Below are positions 9,132-15,316 of a stretch of DNA of 64,000 nt, one piece after another (positions within the stretch are counted from its first letter, which is position 1; the number at the start of each line of letters is the position of its first letter). The notes under the pieces are model-generated. The model was not told the origin of the DNA and made no database searches. It saw only the letters and a program-made list of their open reading frames with translations. Origin of the DNA: a virus; IMG/VR virus record IMGVR_UViG_3300030041_000010. One strand, given 5' to 3'. The position numbers were made by a program, and so were the translations under genes.

Positions 9132-9344
9132 CTACACACCCAAAACCTCTTCTACCGCTTCATCAACGGTGGCGATGGCAATCACTTTGCCAGTTTCTGT
9201 CGTTCTCGGCCACCGTAGTTTACCTATGCATTCATCACCCTTATACACGCAGATACTGTACTTCCCGCTTCTCTCACCATCGTTCTCACATAGTGATAAA
9301 GTCGGGTCTTTCGAAATTGCAATTACTGCGTCAATAAAAGTCAT
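9132..9344 (-). CDS. hypothetical protein
   Basis: ORF track; ATGA overlap with the upstream ORF. Confidence 0.6.
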   Translation of the reverse strand: MTFIDAVIAISKDPTLSLCENDGERSGKYSICVYKGDECIGKLRWPRTTETGKVIAIATVDEAVEEVLGV

Positions 9345-9523
9345 TCACCCTCATCCACCAACTCAACCAAGAGTTGTATAGCTTCAATCTCGCGGTCTCC
9401 AACCTGTGAGACCTTACCTGTTACTGTGTCCGTGACCTTGAGCGGCCATTGCTTTGCCTTGATGTCGGCGATGCTGACAGTCGGACAGCTTACTAACGTG
9501 AACTCAGGTACACTATACTTCAT
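9341..9523 (-). CDS. hypothetical protein
   Basis: ORF track. Confidence 0.6.
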   Translation of the reverse strand: MKYSVPEFTLVSCPTVSIADIKAKQWPLKVTDTVTGKVSQVGDREIEAIQLLVELVDEGE

Positions 9524-9689
9524 TCAATCCACACTTCTCACAAAGGTCAGGGTCGTCTTCATCGCTGAGTGGTGCCTTACAACTCAAGCACCGCTTGTAT
9601 GTGTCGGGCTCTTCCAACCCCGCGTACCACGGACTGCAAATACATTCACCCACACAAACATCGTTTTCGCAAACCGCGTTGAACTTCAT
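9513..9689 (-). CDS. small Cys-rich putative zinc-binding protein (58 aa)
   Basis: Manual translation MKFNAVCENDVCVGECICSPWYAGLEEPDTYKRCLSCKAPLSDEDDPDLCEKCGLNEV; AGGAAGAG ribosome-binding site. Confidence 0.6.
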   Translation of the reverse strand: MKFNAVCENDVCVGECICSPWYAGLEEPDTYKRCLSCKAPLSDEDDPDLCEKCGLNEV

Positions 9690-9706
9690 CTCTTCCTAAC
9701 TATTCA

Positions 9707-9810
9707 TGCAACAGGTGGGATTCGAACCCACGGCGTCCATAACAATCCGCCAGCGATATAGGCCCTTAACCATGAGACGTGGAATGCTCTACCAACTGAG
9801 CTACCATTGC
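9707..9810 (-). ncRNA. tRNA-like RNA with a ~40-nt anticodon loop
   Basis: Canonical D-arm TAGCTCAGTTGGTAGAGC and T-arm GTGGG-TTCGAAT-CCCAC, acceptor GCAATGG/CTGTTGC; TCCA/TGGA encloses 40 nt; no encoded CCA. Confidence 0.65.
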
Positions 9811-9910
9811 ACAAACTTGGTGGACGCAGGGGACTTGGCACCCCATCGCTCGGCGTTACCACTATGGACGCCCACATTTCAATTCCTTAAGCCGAGTTCC
9901 GGACTTAACT

Positions 9911-9989
9911 TGGTGGAGCTATGGGGACTCGAACCCCACTGGATTCCTCATTGCGAATGAGGTGAACACCCCCGGCATTCCCTAGCCCC
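9911..9989 (-). tRNA. tRNA-Ala(CGC)
   Basis: G3:U70, CCTCA-TTCGCAA-TGAGG, CCA. Confidence 0.85.
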
Positions 9990-10071
9990 AAACTTTCGGG
10001 AGGAGAGGTTCTACGCATCTCACACGTTGAGAGCAAATCCCCTCTATCTCCCTGCATCTGTCAGACTGTCG

Positions 10072-10141
10072 TGTAGACACGGAGAGATTCGAACTCTCAT
10101 TTCCCCTCGATAGGGGCGTCCTACCATTAGACGACGAGCCT
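10072..10141 (-). pseudogene. tRNA-like gene (Asp/Glu-type body) with a shortened anticodon loop
   Basis: GTCGTCTAATGGTAGGAC D-arm, CCCC-TATCGA-GGGG (6-nt loop), T-arm GAGAG-TTCGAAT-CTCTC; abuts the endonuclease stop codon. Confidence 0.55.
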
Positions 10142-10749
10142 CAGCCCGACAAACCCTTAACCCAAACACTTACCGAACTCTTTGCAACCCCGAGTAAAGC
10201 TGCGATTTGGGCTTTACAAATTCCTTGTTCAAACAACTCCTGCGCTTTCATTCGTTCAACCGCTTTTATATTTCTCAACCTTGCGGCGGCGGAGCCTATC
10301 GCTGATAATCCTCTTTGCTTTGCCATCTCCGATGACCCACGAGCGCCACTACGATTGAAATTGTTGCGAATCATATCCCGATAGTTAGCGTCTGTCTTCC
10401 AACGCTCCGCGCTGTTAGTCCTATTGGCCGCTCGAACCCTCCACCCTTGGTTGGGTTGCTGATTTATCCAGTCGAAGCCACCACTCCCACCTTGTCTCAG
10501 GTTGTAGCACAAAGGGTCGGCTCGATACGTTTCAATCAGTTCGTATTCTTTAGCAAATGCCTCCCCTGAGTTGTCGAAGATGAAGCACACGTTCTTTATG
10601 AACGACTGCTCACCGTGCTTACGAATCGCCGCCTTCAGAACCTTACCTGACCCAAGGTACCCGTCGTACGGGTTCTTGGTTTTGTGGACGCCGAAGTAAT
10701 ACTTTCCGTTCACCAAATTCTGTGTTCGATACACTGTGTAAAATATCAT
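10141..10749 (-). CDS. GIY-YIG (Seg-like) homing endonuclease with C-terminal HTH
   Basis: TVYRTQNLVNGKYYFGVH...YLGSG...E...YNLRQGG; C-terminal KAQIAALLGVAKSSVSVW helix-turn-helix. Confidence 0.88.
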   Translation of the reverse strand: MIFYTVYRTQNLVNGKYYFGVHKTKNPYDGYLGSGKVLKAAIRKHGEQSFIKNVCFIFDNSGEAFAKEYELIETYRADPLCYNLRQGGSGGFDWINQQPNQGWRVRAANRTNSAERWKTDANYRDMIRNNFNRSGARGSSEMAKQRGLSAIGSAAARLRNIKAVERMKAQELFEQGICKAQIAALLGVAKSSVSVWVKGLSG

Positions 10750-10815
10750 GAACCTATCAGCCTCTCAGGTTTCTGAGGACTTAACCTCTACTAAAGAGGT
10801 TGATAGTCACGAATG

Positions 10816-10888
10816 TGCGCCTTGTAGGAATCGAACCTACGGTCCCTTCCATGTCAAGGAAGTGCTCTAGCCGCTGAGCCAAAGGCGC
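10816..10888 (-). tRNA. tRNA-Val(GAC)
   Basis: Cloverleaf, CTTCC-TTGACAT-GGAAG; CCA not encoded. Confidence 0.88.
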
Positions 10889-10962
10889 AAAACTAGTTAG
10901 CGGCTGCAAGCGCGTCCGTCCTGCATTTAATCCCTAAACCTGAGGGAACCACACTTTAAAGT

Positions 10963-11039
10963 TGGCGGGGACGACGGGGCTCGAACCCGCGACCTCTACC
11001 GTGACAGGGTAGCGTTCTAACCAACTGAACTACATCCCC
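10963..11039 (-). tRNA. tRNA-Asp(GTC)
   Basis: Canonical cloverleaf, G73, CCA. Confidence 0.95.
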
Positions 11040-11049
11040 AACTTCAAAC

Positions 11050-11124
11050 TGGCGGAGACGGCGAGGGTTGAACTCGTATATTCTTCCGTGACAGGGAAGC
11101 CCATTGCCATTATGGTACGTCTCC
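11050..11124 (-). tRNA. tRNA-Asp(GTC)
   Basis: CTTCC-CTGTCAC-GGAAG, G73, CCA. Confidence 0.82.
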
Positions 11125-11218
11125 TCAAGGGTGTGTTCCGCAGCTTTTAGTTCTCACTGCAAGCCCTAAGCCCGTGCGCCTTTGTGCGGTACGACGTTAG
11201 GTGCTACCCTTTGAAACT

Positions 11219-11294
11219 TGGCGGGGCTGATGGGACTCTAACCCACGATAGACGGCTCGACAAGCCGCTGCATTAGACGCTATGCTACAACCCC
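11219..11294 (-). tRNA. tRNA-Asp(GTC), atypical T-loop
   Basis: CGGC-TTGTCGA-GCCG, G73, CCA; T-loop TTAGAGT. Confidence 0.75.
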
Positions 11295-11295
11295 T

Positions 11296-11386
11296 TGGTG
11301 GACGTGTCGTGCCGCTTACGCTGTCATTTAACGACCGGGTACCTCATCTCTCTAATTACGAGTGTGCTGTTCAACTGCACACACCC
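11296..11386 (-). ncRNA. CCA-ended tRNA-like RNA with an Ala-type acceptor stem
   Basis: GGGTGTG/CACGTCC-ACCA with G3:U70; other arms non-canonical (enlarged T-position loop). Confidence 0.45.
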
Positions 11387-11488
11387 ATACGATTTGAGCT
11401 ACCACAACAGTGTCGTTCAGTAGAGCCATTTGGCTGGATTGTTCATACCCGAAGGGAACTCTCCGGCATCACATCCTCTACTAAAATT

Positions 11489-11563
11489 TGGTGGACCTAG
11501 AGGGGATTGAACCCTCGACTTCTTCCATGCCATGGAAGCACTCTCCCACTGAGTTACAGGCCC
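11489..11563 (-). tRNA. tRNA-Ala(GGC)
   Basis: G3:U70, CTTCC-ATGGCAT-GGAAG, CCA. Confidence 0.9.
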
Positions 11564-11571
11564 CTAAAACA

Positions 11572-11781
11572 TCAAAACCTTTTGCCACTGTTCAGCATAT
11601 TTATCCTTTCTAATACCGAGGGCTCCGTCAACAGCAGACGTAAATTCTCATTCGGCTGTGTTGGCCTTTCCAACATTGCAACAAACTCTTGCCACTGCTC
11701 AGGACTGAGGCGAATGTTGTTCTCTTCACCAGCCAGTCGGGTATGAACGCTTCTCATGTCGGCATCGAAGTTAATCTTCAT
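11572..11781 (-). CDS. orphan DUF1778 (TacA/AtaR-like) antitoxin C-terminal fragment, 69 aa
   Basis: IRLSPEQWQEFVAMLERPTQPNENLRLLL matches the DUF1778 C-terminal pattern I-x-L-S-x(3)-W/F-x(2)-F-x(3)-L-D/E-x-P-x(2)-PN-x(2)-L; AAAGGAGAG ribosome-binding site; no RHH N-terminus. Confidence 0.7.
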   Translation of the reverse strand: MKINFDADMRSVHTRLAGEENNIRLSPEQWQEFVAMLERPTQPNENLRLLLTEPSVLERINMLNSGKRF

Positions 11782-11797
11782 CGCTCTCCTTTCAAAT

Positions 11798-11873
11798 TGG
11801 AGGCGATGATGGGATTCGAACCCATGCATAACGGTTTTGCAGACCGCCGCGTTAACCACTTCGCCACATCGCC
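11798..11873 (-). tRNA. tRNA-Cys(GCA)
   Basis: Cloverleaf, CT-GCA-AA, U73, CCA. Confidence 0.92.
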
Positions 11874-11891
11874 TATAACACCAACAAAACT

Positions 11892-11965
11892 TGGAGCGGA
11901 TAGTCAGATTTGAACTGACGGTGACAGGGTGGAAGCCTGTTGCCTTACCGCTTGGCTATACCCGC
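11892..11965 (-). tRNA. tRNA-Gly(TCC)
   Basis: ACAGG-CTTCCAC-CCTGT, U73, CCA. Confidence 0.88.
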
Positions 11966-12191
11966 TTTGAATCAGAGATATTTTCGTACCTCCAGTGGTC
12001 CGAATCGGTAGCTCTCATATGAGCTACATCCCCACATAAGAGAACTGTTCAATCGGAAGGTCTTTCCAAAAGACCAACTCCGCCACCAGAAATAGTACCT
12101 CCACATATCTCCTCAATTTCTCGACGCCTCTCCGCCGTGCCACACCACTTTAGTCCGCAGGACTCGGTAGGTGTCACCCCGCTTAAAACTC

Positions 12192-12587
12192 TGCACTAGA
12201 CTTATAGCCGGAGTTCTGTCCAGAGGGTTACCCCTCCTGTACAATCATTCGTCTCGGCCAGCCGTTACCGTCTGGCTCTAGCCCCCAACCCGCCGATTCA
12301 TAACGGTACGAGCAGTACCTGTCGGCCTATTTGAGGTTGCACCGCGTAGAGATTGCCCGTTTCACCCGAATTTAATCGGCTCGTCTCTGTTGCTCTAATC
12401 GTCACACTCAACATCGGACGGGTTGTTCCCATAGGGTTGGTGGAAATCAACCAGACGTATAGCTGCGTCCCCTTACGCTACGTCCCCGAACAAGTGTGCT
12501 AGGGTGTTACCCTATACGCTGCTCTGTGGTGCTCCGAACTTCCTCGAAGTGGTATTGCGCCACGTCGCGATTGTCCAGTCTAGTGCA
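12192..12587 (-). ncRNA. rnpB: RNase P RNA, bacterial type A-like
   Basis: P1 TGCACTAGACT/AGTCTAGTGCA; CR-I GAGGAAGTTCGGAG; CR-II GCAACAGAGA; CR-III GGGTGAAACGG; P15 GGTAAC loop; CR-IV AGACGAATG; CR-V ACAGAACTCCGGCTATA. Confidence 0.92.
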
Positions 12588-12614
12588 TACTTAATGAAAC
12601 CGAGGCCGAAGCTG

Positions 12615-12959
12615 TTACTGTACTGCCGACGTGCGCTGTACTGCCACGCTACGAAGGTAAGCACGCATCTCGTCCGAGAACTCATTGAACATCTCACCCT
12701 TATCCAACCAGTGCAAAATGGTCTCCCAGTTCTCTTCCTCAGGCGTCCACTGACCCTCCAAGCCGTAGCAAGAGCAGTGACCGCCACTTACTGAGAACAG
12801 CTTCCCGTCCTTCTCGAACAGAACGAATGCCGAACCCGAATAGTCCTCGTAGCTATACACCGCTGCGTAGACCAACGCATCCTTCAATTCATCCTGACCA
12901 ATATTGAACTGGTCGCATACATCCTCAACGCTGCCGAACCTATCTACAAATACTTCCAT
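12615..12959 (-). CDS. phage hypothetical protein
   Basis: ATG at 12959 after AAGGAG; YSYEDYSGSA...GGHCSCYGLEGQW motif. Confidence 0.75.
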   Translation of the reverse strand: MEVFVDRFGSVEDVCDQFNIGQDELKDALVYAAVYSYEDYSGSAFVLFEKDGKLFSVSGGHCSCYGLEGQWTPEEENWETILHWLDKGEMFNEFSDEMRAYLRSVAVQRTSAVQ

Positions 12960-13028
12960 CGTTTTCTCCTTGTGGTACAAACCATCGAGAGAAACGGTGA
13001 GGTAATTGTTCGACCTCGGTTTCAAATT

Positions 13029-13107
13029 TGGTGGACCGTCAGAGATTTGAACTCTGCTGATATTCTGTGTGCAAGACAGATAAACACTCCTAGCATTTCC
13101 ACGGCCC
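13029..13107 (-). tRNA. tRNA-Ala(TGC)
   Basis: G3:U70, TCTGT-CTTGCAC-ACAGA, CCA. Confidence 0.85.
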
Positions 13108-13156
13108 AATATTGTCAAACATCATGTAATCACCGGCTGGCCGGGATTAAAAATCT

Positions 13157-13243
13157 TGGTGGCTTTGGCTCACGCCGGGGCACCACCCGCGCCCCTCGAA
13201 GTAAACTTACCCAGTCTTGTGGACTGGAGTCTTGCTCCAGAGC
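13157..13243 (-). ncRNA. CCA-ended cloverleaf-like RNA lacking tRNA loop consensus
   Basis: Imperfect terminal stem GCTCTGG/CCAAAGC followed by CACCA; hairpins GGAG/CTCC, CAGTC/GACTG and GGGGCGC/GTGCCCC. Confidence 0.4.
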
Positions 13244-13244
13244 T

Positions 13245-13319
13245 TGGAGCGGCTGGTGGGATTCGAACCCACGACCTCTTCCTTGGCAAGGAAGCGTTCT
13301 ACCACTGAACTACAGCCGC
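13245..13319 (-). tRNA. tRNA-Gly(GCC)
   Basis: Canonical cloverleaf, U73, CCA. Confidence 0.95.
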
Positions 13320-13349
13320 ATATACTTCAATACTGCAAAAACCAAAACT

Positions 13350-13425
13350 TGGTGCTCCAAGTGGGACTCGAACCCACGATAGTCTGCTTGTAGGGCAGAT
13401 GATTTAGCCGCTAATCTACCGGAGC
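13350..13425 (-). tRNA. tRNA-Val(TAC), C at position 33
   Basis: TCTGC-CCTACAA-GCAGA, A73, CCA; first gene after the attenuator. Confidence 0.8.
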
Positions 13426-13437
13426 AATCTTTACTGC

Positions 13438-13470
13438 AAAAACGAAAGGCCAGCCTTTTCGGCTGGCCTC
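13438..13470 (-). terminator. intrinsic terminator of the leader (attenuator)
   Basis: GAGGCCAGCC-GAAAA-GGCTGGCCTT followed by TCGTTTTT, 12 nt before the first tRNA. Confidence 0.88.
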
Positions 13471-13518
13471 GGTTTCGATTTCAGACTGGTTAGTTAGTCT
13501 TAATCTCTCCCGAGGCCA
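13464..13518 (-). promoter_or_regulatory. antiterminator hairpin, mutually exclusive with the terminator
   Basis: TGGCCTCGG (13518-13510, inside the leader ORF) pairs with CCGAGGCCA (13472-13464, the terminator 5' arm); inner helices GATT/AATC and AGACT/AGTCT. Confidence 0.8.
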
Positions 13519-13633
13519 TGGTATCCTCTCCCGCGCAACCGGCTTCAGCGGCTGCGACAGCTACGACTACGCCCACGACGCCAGTGTTCGGTGCGTCCAT
13601 GGTGTTAATCGAAATGTTGGTACGGATAGTCAT
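13490..13633 (-). CDS. attenuator leader peptide (47 aa) of the tRNA operon
   Basis: AGAAGGA ribosome-binding site; MTIRTNISINTMDAPNTGVVGVVVAVAAAEAGCAGEDTMASGEIKTN; codons 18-37 are 19 GNN plus TGC. Confidence 0.8.
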   Translation of the reverse strand: MTIRTNISINTMDAPNTGVVGVVVAVAAAEAGCAGEDTMASGEIKTN

Positions 13634-13653
13634 GGTGTTTGTCCTTCTGTTAC

Positions 13654-13683
13654 ATAATACGCAGAAAGTTGAAATTTGTGCAA
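13654..13683 (-). promoter_or_regulatory. sigma70-like promoter of the leader/tRNA operon
   Basis: TTGCAC-N18-TATTAT with an A-rich UP-like tract upstream. Confidence 0.72.
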
Positions 13684-13724
13684 GCTGTTTTTCATTTATT
13701 TTCACAGCTTATGTTTCAACCCAC

Positions 13725-14030
13725 GCACCTGTACAAGGTGAAATTCCTCGGTGTGCTGCCTGTGTTGCACCACCCAAACTCGGCTTGACGTTAGTCTGGA
13801 ACCGGACCATCGAACCCGGTATCTCCGAGGAACCCATAAACTGAGAGTACCACCACCCCGTTGTGGAAATCAACCCCCATGTGCCTTACGATAACCATCG
13901 GCTATCGAATTCAACAATGAAATGGATTGGCCTTTTGTCTCCACTTTCACTTTCCGGGTTCGAGGTTCCCGCCTGCAAACGATACTTCACCCTCGAATAC
14001 CCCGCCAGTTGCTTCCCAAGAAGTATCACC
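13725..14030 (-). ncRNA. candidate structured non-coding RNA (strand and ends uncertain)
   Basis: Many perfect complementary blocks, including crossing 10-bp and 8-bp helices; no convincing ORF. Confidence 0.45.
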
Positions 14031-14201
14031 TCATTCATAATACACAATTCAGAGGTGCTAACACAACCAAATTTGAAAACTCCCGAGGGAGGGACGGTTC
14101 AGTCAGGTTTATCTGTGCCGTCCAATCCTTCCCGAAACCCTTGCGGGTTTGCGTACCTGACGAATTAAATCCATAGTACACCAACGAGGAAGAAACCGCA
14201 A

Positions 14202-14525
14202 CTACCTGCCATTTTTGATGACGTTTATCCATCCCTGTGTTTGCTCACTTACAGTAGGTGTGGGTTTTACCGTCTTGCGGGTTCGAGGCTTGGAAGTCTC
14301 GAACCGCTCGGTCTCCGCAGCGTACCGCACTAGAGCTTGCCGCAGATTCATAGCAGCCTCGTAACCCTCCAGTGCAGACTCACAGCCTTGGCACCGCCCT
14401 ATAATGGCACCACGGCCATGTGCAGGGTTGTAGCGTGGGTGCTTGGGACACCGCAGTGTCAGTTTGCTCTTGGATACAGTCTTCAGCCGCAGCTTGGTGG
14501 CGTCGTCAAAGCAGAACTTCAACAT
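14202..14525 (-). CDS. hypothetical protein (CPKH...CQGC putative zinc site)
   Basis: ORF track; CAGGAG ribosome-binding site. Confidence 0.65.
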   Translation of the reverse strand: MLKFCFDDATKLRLKTVSKSKLTLRCPKHPRYNPAHGRGAIIGRCQGCESALEGYEAAMNLRQALVRYAAETERFETSKPRTRKTVKPTPTVSEQTQGWINVIKNGR

Positions 14526-14526
14526 G

Positions 14527-15156
14527 TCATCTCTCCTGTTGTTTGCAGTCGCAGTCTTCTTCGCAGGGTTCCATACTCAGTTGATACGCATCAATGGACT
14601 CCCGCACATCTTGTGTTCCCCAACAAATGTAGCTATGGGCTCCATTACCCAAGTGATGCCCCTCTTTGGCGAATAGCTCATACTCACCAGCACCAAGGTC
14701 CACCAGCGTGAACCCATACTTCATCGCCAGTTCAATAATCGTCAACTCGACCGGCGGACGCTTTGTGGTCGTCTTGGGTGTTGTCGGCTCCAGTGGAAAG
14801 TCAGCACCCCAAGCGAAAATCTGCTTGTACTTGCCGGGGTAGCGGCGATAGCGGGGGTGGTTCCGCATCTTGTCGTGGTCTACCCCACGAGTGTGGGCTA
14901 ATTCGTGAGCAATGACAAAAGCAAAGTCCACCTTATCCGGGTTGTGTTTGCTTACCCGAACACACATGGAGTTTGACCGAAGCGTGGCGTACCCTGAGCT
15001 ACTACCAGTACTATTGCGGGTGTATACTACCCGCACATGAAGAGCCGGGGCTCCCCGTTTACACAAGTCAGGCCGCTCATCCTTTGCCACATGTGCGATG
15101 AAGGCTTTGATATGGTCTGACCGCCAATGCGTTTTGTTGTTCAGTTCGATTCGCAT
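14527..15156 (-). CDS. putative zincin/SprT-like metallopeptidase
   Basis: VIAHELAH...H (HExxH) motif. Confidence 0.65.
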   Translation of the reverse strand: MRIELNNKTHWRSDHIKAFIAHVAKDERPDLCKRGAPALHVRVVYTRNSTGSSSGYATLRSNSMCVRVSKHNPDKVDFAFVIAHELAHTRGVDHDKMRNHPRYRRYPGKYKQIFAWGADFPLEPTTPKTTTKRPPVELTIIELAMKYGFTLVDLGAGEYELFAKEGHHLGNGAHSYICWGTQDVRESIDAYQLSMEPCEEDCDCKQQER

Positions 15157-15316
15157 GTCTTTATTATACACCCACAGGTGCCTTAAACCTCTGATTATAC
15201 ACGTTTTAAGGTAATGTTTATCGAACTCACCAACGTAAACCCTTTATTTTCAACAAAAAATTTTATCAAATTTTCCTCTTGACACGCTATTTTCCATTTT
15301 CGGTTATTATGACTGT

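Noticed and set aside
10141-10749. Group I intron in a tRNA carrying the endonuclease
   Set aside because: Flanking tRNA genes are not split around the ORF and no group I core (P7) elements were found.
11126-11214. Pistol ribozyme resemblance (AAGCCCTAAG...AGGTGC on the + strand)
   Set aside because: The complementary TTAGGG loop upstream is missing, and it is antisense to the operon.
11296-11386. tmRNA
   Set aside because: Has an Ala-type acceptor but is only 91 nt, with no tag-coding region.
13490-13705. 71-aa version of the leader ORF in the track
   Set aside because: Its start lies upstream of the predicted promoter; the ATG at 13633 has the ribosome-binding site.
14066-14162. HDV/theta ribozyme or c-di-GMP-I riboswitch
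   Set aside because: No P3/L3 or catalytic-C junction, and no GEMM second-hairpin consensus; kept only as an unassigned motif.
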